DNA of 64,000 nt from a virus (IMGVR_UViG_3300037484_000333:8635-72634); one strand, 5' to 3'. Numbered from the stretch's first letter, positions 29,212-38,849 are shown. The notes: generated from the letters alone by a model not told the origin. Numbers and translations: made by a program.

Positions 29212-29960
29212 GGTTTGACGGAAGCGTCGTAGGGACGCCTCCACGCCCTCCTTTTCGAGCACTTATCCTTAACGGTAGTCCAGGTCCTCGAAGGCTTACC
29301 ACCCTCGATGTCTATACCAAAGTAAATACAGGTGTCCACCCTATAGAAGTTGCGCTTCTCACCCTCAGGCTTAAACTTGATAGCCTCGAACAGGTCGATG
29401 GTTTCCTTAGTGTCAATGCCGATCATGACTGGGTGAGCGGGTGCTGTCATGACCACGTTGGCGTCAAGGAAGGATGTGGCGTTGTCAACTAACCCAAAGT
29501 TATGTTCCTTCTTGACTACCTGCCACATGCTCAGGGAGTCGGTGTCGCCGCCCCTCTTACCTATAGACCCTTCGGCTTTAAGCTTGGTCAAGTACTCATC
29601 TAGGGTCAAACCATACTTCTTGATGATGTAGGCGTTCTGAGCCTGGTCCCAAAACTTATCTACCATCTCCATGAACAACCAGTCACCGGCTTTGAGCTGT
29701 TTCTTAACCTGGTCGTAGCACTCTTTAATGTCATCCCAGGTCTTAAGAACGTACCACTCTATGTTCTCTACGAATGGCCACTCGTTCTTCCACAGCTTGC
29801 CAAAGCGGCCTTCCCCGTCCATCACAATGCATCTAGACTCAGGGTGGAGGAAGGCTACCTCTAGGATTCTGGTTGACTTGCCACTGTCAGGTGGGCCATA
29901 CCATAAGTGTACTTCACGGTCTGTGGTGGCTAGAACGTCGGCTAGTTTGAAGGGCTTCAA
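29166..29960 (-). CDS. P-loop ATPase (AAA_24/Sak4-like)
   Basis: YGPPDSGKS Walker A; VMDGEG; beside nuclease and SSB-like genes. Confidence 0.7.
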   Translation of the reverse strand: MKPFKLADVLATTDREVHLWYGPPDSGKSTRILEVAFLHPESRCIVMDGEGRFGKLWKNEWPFVENIEWYVLKTWDDIKECYDQVKKQLKAGDWLFMEMVDKFWDQAQNAYIIKKYGLTLDEYLTKLKAEGSIGKRGGDTDSLSMWQVVKKEHNFGLVDNATSFLDANVVMTAPAHPVMIGIDTKETIDLFEAIKFKPEGEKRNFYRVDTCIYFGIDIEGGKPSRTWTTVKDKCSKRRAWRRPYDASVKPWWEEYKEFTTTTEE

Positions 29961-30136
29961 GAATCATCACAGTCCTTACACAGAAGGGTTTTCCAATTGA
30001 AGCAATCGCTCTCCCCACAAGTGATTTCCCCACACTGCTCGCAATAGGTAAAACATTCAGAACACAGTACCGCCCCACAGGTTTGGCAAGTGTATAACTG
30101 GCGGATGCACTTAGAACAAGTTAGTTTCTGCTCCAC
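29957..30136 (-). CDS. 59-aa Cys-rich Zn-finger protein (not in ORF track)
   Basis: MEQKLTCSKC..CQTC..CSEC..CEQC..C...C...CKDC; its TGA overlaps the next TTG. Confidence 0.55.
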   Translation of the reverse strand: MEQKLTCSKCIRQLYTCQTCGAVLCSECFTYCEQCGEITCGESDCFNWKTLLCKDCDDS

Positions 30137-30142
30137 GTCATA

Positions 30143-30313
30143 TCACGTCTCCAGGTCCAGAGTCACTACCGTAATCTCTACCTTGACTACAGTGGCCTCA
30201 GGTATATCCCTGATATCTGCTTCAGCCTCTTTCCTTGAGTTGTAAATGAAGTCGATACCTTCTTCGCCGTCCAGGTCTTCCTTAATCATGTACTTAATGT
30301 AGTGCTTTTCCAT
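30143..30313 (-). CDS. Small protein, paralog 3 of a tandem triplet
   Basis: MEKHYIKYMIKEDLDGEEGIDFIYNSRKEAEAD...VEITV. Confidence 0.55.
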   Translation of the reverse strand: MEKHYIKYMIKEDLDGEEGIDFIYNSRKEAEADIRDIPEATVVKVEITVVTLDLET

Positions 30314-30314
30314 G

Positions 30315-30479
30315 CTAATGTGCTACCTCCCCGTCCACCTTAATGGTTACCGTAGCTTTGAATAGTTTCTCTTTTGGGTCAACCCTGGCCCGTTCGGCAT
30401 CCTCTATACTTGAATAGAGGACCAGTTCCGTGCTGTCTATGTCGTCCTCAAACAAGTAGAACGTGTCGGTCCGATCCAC
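30315..30479 (-). CDS. Small protein, paralog 2 of a tandem triplet
   Basis: SD GGAGG; MDRTDTFYLFEDDIDSTELVLYSSIEDAERAR...ATVTI. Confidence 0.55.
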   Translation of the reverse strand: MDRTDTFYLFEDDIDSTELVLYSSIEDAERARVDPKEKLFKATVTIKVDGEVAH

Positions 30480-30480
30480 G

Positions 30481-30690
30481 TTAAGTTACCTCCTCTGTGG
30501 CGTCGTATGTTATGGTGAGCTGGACTAAGTTCTCTTCCTCACCCTCAAGACGACACTCTTCGGCTTCCTTCTTGGAGAAGAAGACGTTGAAGTCAGCACC
30601 CTTCTGACTTTCAGAGACGGCCTCAAACGCCATCATAATGTCTTCTTCAAAGGCCCAAACCATATAAGTCTTGGGAGTAGTCTTCTTCAT
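30481..30690 (-). CDS. Small protein, paralog 1 of a tandem triplet
   Basis: YMVWAFEED...VFFSKKEAEECR...LTITY. Confidence 0.55.
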   Translation of the reverse strand: MKKTTPKTYMVWAFEEDIMMAFEAVSESQKGADFNVFFSKKEAEECRLEGEEENLVQLTITYDATEEVT

Positions 30691-31457
30691 GTCAATACCT
30701 CCTCTGGCGCTTCTATCTTACCCATCCAAGAACTTCTATACCCACAAAAGTCACACCTCACATGACAGGTTGAACAGTGCCAACCTGGGCGAGGTGGGAA
30801 CCTCTTGTTCAGTATACCGTCAGCAATCTGTGGGATGAGTAAGTCCCTAAGCCAAGCTACGTCATTAGACGTTCGCTCAGTAGTATGTAGCTCAACCCTC
30901 GGACCCTTAGCTAGAAATACTATATACCCGAAGGCTGCTCTGACCTGCTCTAGCTCCAACCCCAGTGCATAGACTGTTGGTTGTAGACTTAGCGGGACAT
31001 CCCAAGGAGTGGGGGAACGGCGGCTGGTCTTATGGTCTACAATAGTAGCGTTGGTGGTGATGGCATCTACTTTACCAACCAACAGTATATCTTCGGCCAG
31101 CCGCCGTTCAAACTTAACCTCAATGGCTCCATTAGCAGGGGTGAGCTGGTTAAGCACTTCTCGGTATAGGACTATCCCTTTCTCAGCTTCCCCCAACATC
31201 TTGACTGGTGACTTTCCCTGCCAATCTACGTCCGCAGACCCAGTATTGAAGTGGTGACGTAAGGATTCGATTAGCTGTTGGTCTGTCATACTGGGAGTAT
31301 GCAAACATTCCTCGACGGCACTATGAACTGATATACCTAAATGCTGTTGGCCACTAGTGGTACTCCACATCTTGTGGATGTAAGTGGCCTCATACCTACG
31401 AGGACAGGCTATGTAGGCAGTAATGGAACCGTAGCTGAGGCGAAGTTCTCCTCCCAC
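30687..31457 (-). CDS. PD-(D/E)XK RecB/Cas4-like exonuclease
   Basis: LSYGSITAYIACPRRY, GKVD, IVDHKTS, QPTVYAL, C..C...C Fe-S pattern. Confidence 0.85.
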   Translation of the reverse strand: MGGELRLSYGSITAYIACPRRYEATYIHKMWSTTSGQQHLGISVHSAVEECLHTPSMTDQQLIESLRHHFNTGSADVDWQGKSPVKMLGEAEKGIVLYREVLNQLTPANGAIEVKFERRLAEDILLVGKVDAITTNATIVDHKTSRRSPTPWDVPLSLQPTVYALGLELEQVRAAFGYIVFLAKGPRVELHTTERTSNDVAWLRDLLIPQIADGILNKRFPPRPGWHCSTCHVRCDFCGYRSSWMGKIEAPEEVLT

Positions 31458-31460
31458 AAC

Positions 31461-32231
31461 TTAGGCCGCCTGGATTTTACCGGCTTCGTCAGTGGTGATG
31501 TACCCAGCGTCTTCCATCAGCTTGAGGACCTTACCATTGGCAATGGTGACCCGCACGTTAGTAGGGATACCAGCCTTATTGGCAAAGTTGCTCATAGCTA
31601 GGATGGAAGCCTGCTTGGTCTTACCAACTGCTACATCCACTAGGTCTGTGGCATAGTCTTCCCAGGAGCCAGACATCTTAGCTCCGGCTTCCTCAACAAC
31701 TGGCTCAATCTCTTCAGCCTCACCATCGGCAGTAGTGGAGTTGATACTATTGAGCACGGCCTCTACTTCCTTGGTGTCGTACTCCATCCCGTGGCCTACA
31801 AGCTTAACCGGGTAGGTGTAGACCCTAGACCTAGAGGCTCCAGGAGACATCTCACTACGGCCTAGCACCAAGTAGATGTTATCCACTAGTGCCTTCTTGA
31901 GGTTCTCAGCGTTCTCTGCTGGAGAGTTGCCACCCTTGATGGTTGTGCCAGCATCCCTACAGGCTAGGGCGAACTGTCCTAGAGGGCTGTTAGGGTTGAC
32001 CTTACCCATTGCTGGATAGTTGAAGAAGACAGTCATCTCACGCTGATTACCGGCTTCATCGGTCTCACCTAGTCTGGCCCACCGGACTACGACTGATCTG
32101 CTGGTGAAGGAACCACTACCATCCTTCCGCTCGATTTGCTCAGAGCGGTAAATGGCCTCCTCACACCTGCCTACGAAATAGAACTCGGTACCCAGATCAT
32201 CTGGGGCCAAGCTCGGAATGGTCTCGGTCAA
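31461..32231 (-). CDS. Putative ssDNA-binding/annealing protein
   Basis: OB-like beta-rich N-terminus with acidic linker, next to the exonuclease; positional inference. Confidence 0.35.
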   Translation of the reverse strand: MTETIPSLAPDDLGTEFYFVGRCEEAIYRSEQIERKDGSGSFTSRSVVVRWARLGETDEAGNQREMTVFFNYPAMGKVNPNSPLGQFALACRDAGTTIKGGNSPAENAENLKKALVDNIYLVLGRSEMSPGASRSRVYTYPVKLVGHGMEYDTKEVEAVLNSINSTTADGEAEEIEPVVEEAGAKMSGSWEDYATDLVDVAVGKTKQASILAMSNFANKAGIPTNVRVTIANGKVLKLMEDAGYITTDEAGKIQAA

Positions 32232-32278
32232 TCAAATCACTCCTTATCTTTGACCGTACTAAACTGTCCTATACCTCT

Positions 32279-32307
32279 ATGTTATACCTCATAATGAGGT
32301 CTGTCAA
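32279..32307 (-). promoter_or_regulatory. Sigma70-type promoter
   Basis: TTGACA-17-TAACAT, preceded by AATTACAC as at 55066-55094. Confidence 0.55.
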
Positions 32308-32482
32308 GTGTAATTCTTTTTCCCATATCCACCCCCTCCCAAAAGCAGCCACATTCTTGTCCGCACCAGGAGGTTGGGTGGAGGAGGGCTTGACGCAGGA
32401 CGGCCTCTTCCCGTCGGACGTTCTCAGGGCTGATGTTCGTTTTGATCAACAAGTCCAGAGCTTCCTCCGGTGTCATGCTCAT
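32282..32482 (-). CDS. Small hypothetical protein
   Basis: ORF track; H..SWC..C.C. Confidence 0.4.
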   Translation of the reverse strand: MSMTPEEALDLLIKTNISPENVRREEAVLRQALLHPTSWCGQECGCFWEGVDMGKRITLDRPHYEV

Positions 32483-33938
32483 GGCTCACCTCCCATACTA
32501 CTGTATCTCTCAACCATGTTGGCAACCTCCTAAGCAGTCTACCTGCACTACCATCCAGTATGTACCCATCACAATGGTCGTCCATACTCCTCATTCCACG
32601 CCCCAACCCTTGCGCCAAGGTTATGACAGTTTGTTCCTCATACCAGTTCCTGTTATCCTTAAACCTGGCGGCTACTACGGCGTCGCCAAGGTCAGGATAA
32701 GGTGCCTTAACCCATATGATGAAACGGCACTCATCACCTGGTAGGTCTACACCACTGGTAGCTGATGGGCTAACCATAATGCGACGGTCACCACGCTTGA
32801 AGGAGCGTAGGGCAGCCAGCCTGTTCTTACCACCAGGCCTGTGAGTCACCATCTCGTGGGCGTAGCGACTGGAGTTGACCAACTGCCTGCTCAGTTCAAA
32901 TTTATGTGTGTGTATAAGTCCTCTCTCTAATGGGTGTTGAGATATGATAGCGTCTACAGCCGATACAACCTTAGGAAACTCTTCCTTGATGTTCTTGTAG
33001 TTCAGCTTAGCCGCTGGCCGGTAGTATATGGGAGCTTGCTCTTTCCTATCAAAGTCCATAGGTATGTCGATATAGTCTATGTCTTCTAGGTCGCCCAGTA
33101 CTGAGGCCGGTGGCGGTGTAGCCGACATTATGACTATCTTAGTAGTGCCCTGGATCATAGCGTCAAACTGTTCGTGCGCCCATATGGGTCGTACCAGATT
33201 GTTCTGCCTTATCCAACCCTTAGACCATGCTACCCTAACACAGTCATCCCGCAGTCTCCTCAACAGTTTGGGAGCTGTATCGTCTAGGAAGGCGTCGGGG
33301 TCATCGGCAGAGAACGAGCTTATCTGGTGCTCTAGGTGTAGTGCCACCTGCCTAAGCCATGTCCTCAGTTCTTCATCAGTATTGGGAGGTTCTCCAAATG
33401 TAGATAGTTTGGACAGGTCTAAAGTGGCACTTCCTACTAAGAAGCTCTCCAAGACGTGCGCTTCGTCGCATATCAACAGAGTGGGAGGTGGTGCAAACCC
33501 TCCAGCCCGCTTCTCGTAGATATAGTAGGCGTAGTTTGTGAGAGTCAGAGGCTGATGCCTTAGGGCTTCTCTCTGGATAAAGTAATCGCAACCACTTATT
33601 TGTTTGCACTCGTAACCTCCCGCACAGGGGGCTTGGCTAACTCGTAGGTGGTCGTACCCGTCTAGTTTGCACTTGAAGGCTGGGCGACCGTATGCTACAA
33701 ACCCATCACTGGCTGCAGAGTACTGGCGTTGGAGCCCATAGTCAGCAGTCAGGATGACAGTCGGTACCTCCAGTAGCCCATAAGTTGCGAGGGCGACGAC
33801 TGATTTGCCAACCCCCGTTTGACCGTCAACCCATACAAACTTTGATGGGCTATCTGCTATGGCTTGGGCAACTTCCAGTTGGGAGGGTCTCCATTCGTCG
33901 TCGGACCCAACCTTTATCCCCAGGTCGCTAGGCTTCAC
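32424..33938 (-). CDS. DinG/XPD-like SF2 helicase
   Basis: GQTGVGKS, DEAH, MSAT, GVDLPGD..RFII..KAPYP, QGLGRGMRS..D. Confidence 0.85.
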   Translation of the reverse strand: MKPSDLGIKVGSDDEWRPSQLEVAQAIADSPSKFVWVDGQTGVGKSVVALATYGLLEVPTVILTADYGLQRQYSAASDGFVAYGRPAFKCKLDGYDHLRVSQAPCAGGYECKQISGCDYFIQREALRHQPLTLTNYAYYIYEKRAGGFAPPPTLLICDEAHVLESFLVGSATLDLSKLSTFGEPPNTDEELRTWLRQVALHLEHQISSFSADDPDAFLDDTAPKLLRRLRDDCVRVAWSKGWIRQNNLVRPIWAHEQFDAMIQGTTKIVIMSATPPPASVLGDLEDIDYIDIPMDFDRKEQAPIYYRPAAKLNYKNIKEEFPKVVSAVDAIISQHPLERGLIHTHKFELSRQLVNSSRYAHEMVTHRPGGKNRLAALRSFKRGDRRIMVSPSATSGVDLPGDECRFIIWVKAPYPDLGDAVVAARFKDNRNWYEEQTVITLAQGLGRGMRSMDDHCDGYILDGSAGRLLRRLPTWLRDTVVWEVSHEHDTGGSSGLVDQNEHQP

Positions 33939-34416
33939 TCAATATCACTACGCCTCTCATGGCGTGGGACCACTCAGCCACTTTCTTCTTCAGCTTCAAG
34001 GTACTACAAAACACGGTACCAGCAGGGGGGACGCTAGGATTGAAGTAGGTATTGGGGTTTGTCCAAAATGTTAGTGCTGACTCCTTGCTCAGGTTGCAAG
34101 TTCCAAAGCATATTCGGGTTGCAGCCTCGACCCCCCCAGACTCACACTCCCAAATCTCACTGCCCCAGTCGAGGCCATAACTAGCTACGTTTGGGATAAA
34201 CCTCACGGCGTCACCGAGGCTCTCAAAGGCCAAGAACTTCCCAATCCTCGGAACGTTCTCCCTATTCGTGGAGTAGTTGTACCTCATTTCGGAGTCTATC
34301 CACGCCGAAACCAACGCCTCTTTCCCTCCCAACCCCTCGACTCTCCTCAAGACCTTCCACACTTTCCTAGTGGATGATCTGCCGCTTGGCTGCGATTCCA
34401 CACAATTCTCTTTCAC
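33928..34416 (-). CDS. Hypothetical phage protein
   Basis: ORF track; coupled. Confidence 0.45.
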   Translation of the reverse strand: MKENCVESQPSGRSSTRKVWKVLRRVEGLGGKEALVSAWIDSEMRYNYSTNRENVPRIGKFLAFESLGDAVRFIPNVASYGLDWGSEIWECESGGVEAATRICFGTCNLSKESALTFWTNPNTYFNPSVPPAGTVFCSTLKLKKKVAEWSHAMRGVVILSEA

Positions 34417-34630
34417 GTTCCCAACCCTCCTTAACCTTTATCAAGTATGCGATAGTTGGTAGGTCGCGTAGTACCAACATCTTAATCCTGAAGGTACCAT
34501 TGTAGGTGGACATAAGGCGTATTCCCCTACCCCAGTCGACCCATACCTGTGGCCCCTTAGTGTAGAGGGAGGTAACTACCAGCCCAGTCTTGTGTGATAG
34601 GTAGGCGAGCTGTTCTTTACTTAGCTCCAA
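34367..34630 (-). CDS. Hypothetical protein
   Basis: ORF track. Confidence 0.4.
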   Translation of the reverse strand: MELSKEQLAYLSHKTGLVVTSLYTKGPQVWVDWGRGIRLMSTYNGTFRIKMLVLRDLPTIAYLIKVKEGWERERELCGIAAKRQIIH

Positions 34631-34876
34631 TCATACCACTACCTCGTACTTGTAACTGAAGGTGAAGCTGCAAGCGGAACAACGGGCTCTATAATCTACT
34701 ATAAACTTTCCCTTCCAAATTCCTACCTCCCAGTCCTCTCGGAGGTCGTCGCACTCAGGACTGGCTTCCAGTAGGTCCTCGTACTCTTGGGGTGTGACCT
34801 TCCCATAGGCTTCGGATAAAGTCTTCTCCCTACTCGCCTTACACTTAGGGCAGATGGTGTAGTTGTTGGCGCTCAT
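34631..34876 (-). CDS. Zn-ribbon protein
   Basis: MSANNYTICPKC...CSACSF. Confidence 0.55.
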   Translation of the reverse strand: MSANNYTICPKCKASREKTLSEAYGKVTPQEYEDLLEASPECDDLREDWEVGIWKGKFIVDYRARCSACSFTFSYKYEVVV

Positions 34877-34888
34877 ATTCCACTCCCC

Positions 34889-35212
34889 TTATTTGCAGCC
34901 TTCTACTCTTATGTAACCATTTGGCCCTGTAACCCACTGTATATACGGCACGACGTAATCACGAGAGTAATCACCTTCGTCCACTCGGACATCCTTACCT
35001 AAGACTTCCCAACCCCCCTCACTGACTGTTAATACGGGATAGTTTTCAGTGTGGCCAAGGACTCTATTACCATCGCCTCTCGGGTCGAACTCGATGTGGT
35101 AGCAATAATCTTTAGCAGGTTTCCACGACTCGTCATATTTGGGATCGCCGCACGCCCCCATAATCCCAACTATACCAACTACCACTACTACCAGTAGGAC
35201 TACCCTTGCCAC
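34889..35212 (-). CDS. Putative lipoprotein
   Basis: Hydrophobic signal ending IMGAC. Confidence 0.55.
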   Translation of the reverse strand: MARVVLLVVVVVGIVGIMGACGDPKYDESWKPAKDYCYHIEFDPRGDGNRVLGHTENYPVLTVSEGGWEVLGKDVRVDEGDYSRDYVVPYIQWVTGPNGYIRVEGCK

Positions 35213-35655
35213 TTCCCCAACTCCTTCCGATACCTATCTCGCCAATATTCATCGGGCAAGGCTTCTACCACTTCCTTGAACTTCTCTATTATCTCAGCCG
35301 CCCTGTCGTCCTGACCATCAGCTAGTAGTTTAGAGTGTAAGGCCTTCATAGACTCCATGTTATCCTTAAGCTGTTGGTATGTACTCTCCTCGTCTATGAA
35401 GTCCCTAATCATCCTCTCACTGGCAAAGGCAGCTGCTAACTTACTGGACTGTAGCTCGTCTTCCCACATATCCATGATGGTTGAGAAGCCATGCCTTACA
35501 ATGTCGGTGATAGTCTCATAGGGGTTGTCAGGAGAGGCTATCAACTTCATGAAGATGGCTTCCCACTCCTCCGGTAGACGTAGCGTTACAGTCCAAACTT
35601 TGGTGCTGGCCCTACCTCGGCGGCCTCCTATGGACTCTTCAGCTAAGTCAATCAT
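35200..35655 (-). CDS. Ribbon-helix-helix-like hypothetical protein
   Basis: VWTVTLRLPEEW...TITDIVRHG. Confidence 0.4.
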   Translation of the reverse strand: MIDLAEESIGGRRGRASTKVWTVTLRLPEEWEAIFMKLIASPDNPYETITDIVRHGFSTIMDMWEDELQSSKLAAAFASERMIRDFIDEESTYQQLKDNMESMKALHSKLLADGQDDRAAEIIEKFKEVVEALPDEYWRDRYRKELGKWQG

Positions 35656-35894
35656 TAACTCGGGTCTTCGTCATACCAGCCTAATTGGTTATCAAATAGG
35701 TCGTCAATATCATCGCCGGAACACCCAAGGTCATCGAGGAATTCCCTTACCTGATACTTATAAAGCCCGTGGTCTAGCAGAGTCCTACAAGTCATGATGT
35801 ACGGTGTTGGCATGGTATCAGACAACCAGTTGACGAGTTCTACTAGTGCTACCCTCCATGGGTTGGGTCTGTCATCAATTCCACCAACACTCAT
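35655..35894 (-). CDS. Hypothetical protein
   Basis: ORF track. Confidence 0.4.
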   Translation of the reverse strand: MSVGGIDDRPNPWRVALVELVNWLSDTMPTPYIMTCRTLLDHGLYKYQVREFLDDLGCSGDDIDDLFDNQLGWYDEDPS

Positions 35895-35904
35895 TATCGT
35901 CCTC

Positions 35905-36468
35905 CTAGCAACGCGAGTTGCCGCAACCCCAGCATTTTAGGCAACCTTCTTCGTGGACCATAATAGACCCACACTCTGGACAACACACACCGGAGCTATT
36001 ACGTATCGGCACGATCAGTGTCTCTATAGTGGTTTCACCTGGTGGAGGTGGGGGAGAATCGAACTCCCCGTCCTGAAGAGGGTTAGCCCCGTACTCCGAG
36101 ACATCTTCTTCAGTCTTCCTTTCACCCCCAAGAAACCTTCGCTCAAGCCACTGAGCAATGTAGTCTAGTATACTAGTCGCCTTCGGAATATCAGGGTTAC
36201 TAGTCAATCCAGCAGGGTCATACCGAGTCTGTTTGAACTTCCGCGTTATGTCTTCCAGTGGGACGTGGTACTGTAAGGCTATCGAAACCATGATAGCGAA
36301 GGCGTCCACCAACCCGCTGACTGTTGACCCCTGCTTACTTACAAATACAAAGAGTTCTCCTGGTGTGCCATCCTCGAACAACCCTACTATAAGGTAGCCT
36401 GACTGGTCTGCTATTTTGAACTTATGTGTAACACTGTTTCTGTCAGCCGGTAGCCTCTTCCTCTTCGT
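35905..36468 (-). CDS. Stand-alone class II RNR C-terminal (TSCPD/NrdJb-like) domain with Zn ribbon, predicted ACG start
   Basis: KRKRLPADRNSVTHKFKI...GYLIVGLFEDGTPGELF...SKQGS...SILDYI...CPECG...EEGCLKCWGCGNSRC; in-frame TGA three codons before ACG. Confidence 0.75.
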   Translation of the reverse strand, partial: TKRKRLPADRNSVTHKFKIADQSGYLIVGLFEDGTPGELFVFVSKQGSTVSGLVDAFAIMVSIALQYHVPLEDITRKFKQTRYDPAGLTSNPDIPKATSILDYIAQWLERRFLGGERKTEEDVSEYGANPLQDGEFDSPPPPPGETTIETLIVPIRNSSGVCCPECGSIMVHEEGCLKCWGCGNSRC

Positions 36469-36667
36469 CTGTAGTCAACTCCTCATCAACTGATATAAAG
36501 ACGGTACCAGTTTCCAACCCTATCTCTATGTCTTCAGGCCAGGCCCACACCACTGCCAAGTCGCCTTGGTCCATGTAGGTTCTAACTAGGGTACCTCTAG
36601 CCCCATAGTAGAAGAATATCTTGGCCCAAGATGATATAAGTATTAGCAAATACTCTATACCCATCAT
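36443..36667 (-). CDS. Hypothetical protein
   Basis: Shares YYGARG with the adjacent ORF. Confidence 0.4.
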   Translation of the reverse strand: MMGIEYLLILISSWAKIFFYYGARGTLVRTYMDQGDLAVVWAWPEDIEIGLETGTVFISVDEELTTDEEEEATG

Positions 36668-36861
36668 ACTAACAACCTATCGCCGGAATAATAAAGGGTT
36701 GGGTGCGTAGAGTACAATGGTACGCAATACCAGACTGTAACCCGCCCACCATCGGACTGGATGGTAGTATAACCTCCAGCATGGGACATATTCCTGATAC
36801 GTCCTCTGGCCCCATAGTACTTGAACATGGCTGTCATACCTGATACAGTTTTCAACCCCAT
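36664..36861 (-). CDS. Hypothetical protein
   Basis: Shares YYGARG with the adjacent ORF. Confidence 0.4.
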   Translation of the reverse strand: MGLKTVSGMTAMFKYYGARGRIRNMSHAGGYTTIQSDGGRVTVWYCVPLYSTHPTLYYSGDRLLV

Positions 36862-38849
36862 GTTTGACCTACCTTCACCTTGAATCGTATGGGCAGCATG
36901 AACTCAACAGTCTTGGCTACCTCGTGTACCGCTTCTTCTAATTCACGCACCAACTTCATAGGACAGTAGTAGTCTAGCGAATCGTGAATCTGGTCGAAAA
37001 AATGCGCCCCTAGCTGTTGGGCATACTTGTCCATACGCACCATGCAGACCTTTATTATATCACCAGACGCAGTGCTCTGCACTACTCCATTAGCTAGTTC
37101 CTTGCGGGCATGGCTCCTGGTACGCGGGTCGTTAGACTGTATGGCCTCAAAGTACATACGGTGGCCTAACCAGGACTCTGCATACCCACGTTCCATGCCC
37201 TCAGCTATGATACCTTCTTGCCACACCCTCAGTACGTGGAGCTTACCTCTTACTATCTGTAGCCTTCTTCTAGCCTCTTGCAGCTCCACATTGTCACGTT
37301 TAGCGCACTCCCTCTCACTCAACCCATATATACCTGCAAAGTTATACACCTTGCCGGTCTTACGTTGTGTAGGTGAGGGATAATCAGTATTAAAGATAAG
37401 TCCACCCGTCATACTGTGGAAGTCTTCACCAGCTAGCCAAGCCTCGACCATTATAGGGTCCCAGCTAAGGCCAGCCATGACTACCATCTCTAGCTGGACG
37501 GCGTCAGCACTTACTATGGCATACCCTTCTGGTGGGACGACCGCGAGCTTTTGCTCCGCCGTGAAGTTTTGGGTGTTTGGACCTTCACTAGCGACTCTAT
37601 TGGTGATAGCCCAAGTTGTCTTGAAGCTAGGATGTAAGCGAGAGTCTGGATAAAGATGGTCGAGGATGACTCTCCACAGAGTCTTCGACGATCCGGCTTC
37701 TTTAATAGACAGTACCCTGTCAACCAGATCGCTAGTTCCTTTAAGGTGGGCAAGGGCTTTGGACCCTGTAGAGCGCGCACCTGCTGGCGTAAAGACTCTA
37801 GCTCTGAGTCCAAGATCATCAAACAGTAGTTTCTCAAGTTGCTTGGGGGATCGGTGATGGACGGGGAAGGTGGCTGCAAGGTGTCGTTCAAGTCTATCCA
37901 ACCCTTCTATTTGGGCCTCAACAAACTGTCGGTCTATCAGTATACCGTGCTTCTCAGCCTTTGTCAATATAGATTGGACTGGGAGATCAATATTGAGGTA
38001 CCTATCAGCTGACCCAGTCTCTAGCATCTTGGGCCATGTGTACTCCAGGTGTAGCCGACGTGTGGCGTCTGCATCCATACAGGCGTATGGGTACAAGCTG
38101 TCAAGGTCGTCCGCTATTACCTCTGTCCACTCCCGCATCTCCAAGCCAAGGTGTTCCCTGGCCAGTCGCTTCAGACCACTGCTTCCACGATAGTGACCGA
38201 GCAAGAAGGCTTGGAGCTTGGTATCATGGTAAGTGAGACTGTCGGGGTCCCATCCAAGGAATAGCTGATCGAAAGGTGCGTTGTGAAATACAAGAGTCCG
38301 GTGTCGGAGCGCGGACCATAACTCCTCAGTCTTGAAGCAGTCGACTGGAATGTAACAGCCAGTCCCTGGAGCCACAGAGAGAGAGACTCCAAGGAGTCCG
38401 TCACTGACGGGCTTAAGTCCAGTAGTTTCTGTGTCGATTCCGACAAGTTCTTCACTCCCTAAATACTCCACAACCTCAGCAAGGGTAGTGACGAGGCGGT
38501 AGTCGCCTGTGGTGATTGGTCCTGGAGGATTTATTGGTACACCTATAGGACCACTAACTACCGCCTCGTCAGGCTGGACCTTACACCCTGCCTTCTTAAC
38601 TATTACCTCTCCTGGGTGGGGTGAGGGCTTAATCCAAATAGTCTTCTTATCAGCGATGGCCAAGACCGAAAGTACCGCCGAGCCCTTAGTGTCTTGTTGG
38701 GCATACTCGTAGATACCCTCAACCCCACCCAGTTCACGAAGAGAGGCCGAAATTAATACGTTGACATACTGGGAGGCTAGGTCCTCAGACAGGTTGAAGT
38801 GTGTAGAGGCCCAGTCTTTAACCGACAGTACGTCAACGAAAAGAAACAG
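36852..38849 (-). CDS. polA: Family A DNA polymerase (665 aa), predicted CTG start
   Basis: Exo I GIDTETTG, FHNAPFD, YACMDA; SADAVQLE (A), KVYNFAGIYG (B), QIHDSL (C). SD GGAG, 7 nt, CTG extends the frame 62 codons beyond the track's TTG. Confidence 0.85.
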   Translation of the reverse strand: MFLFVDVLSVKDWASTHFNLSEDLASQYVNVLISASLRELGGVEGIYEYAQQDTKGSAVLSVLAIADKKTIWIKPSPHPGEVIVKKAGCKVQPDEAVVSGPIGVPINPPGPITTGDYRLVTTLAEVVEYLGSEELVGIDTETTGLKPVSDGLLGVSLSVAPGTGCYIPVDCFKTEELWSALRHRTLVFHNAPFDQLFLGWDPDSLTYHDTKLQAFLLGHYRGSSGLKRLAREHLGLEMREWTEVIADDLDSLYPYACMDADATRRLHLEYTWPKMLETGSADRYLNIDLPVQSILTKAEKHGILIDRQFVEAQIEGLDRLERHLAATFPVHHRSPKQLEKLLFDDLGLRARVFTPAGARSTGSKALAHLKGTSDLVDRVLSIKEAGSSKTLWRVILDHLYPDSRLHPSFKTTWAITNRVASEGPNTQNFTAEQKLAVVPPEGYAIVSADAVQLEMVVMAGLSWDPIMVEAWLAGEDFHSMTGGLIFNTDYPSPTQRKTGKVYNFAGIYGLSERECAKRDNVELQEARRRLQIVRGKLHVLRVWQEGIIAEGMERGYAESWLGHRMYFEAIQSNDPRTRSHARKELANGVVQSTASGDIIKVCMVRMDKYAQQLGAHFFDQIHDSLDYYCPMKLVRELEEAVHEVAKTVEFMLPIRFKVKVGQTWG

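Noticed and set aside
30687-31457. Cas4 / CRISPR-associated function
   Set aside because: No cas genes or arrays; the context is a recombination module (ATPase, SSB-like, helicase).
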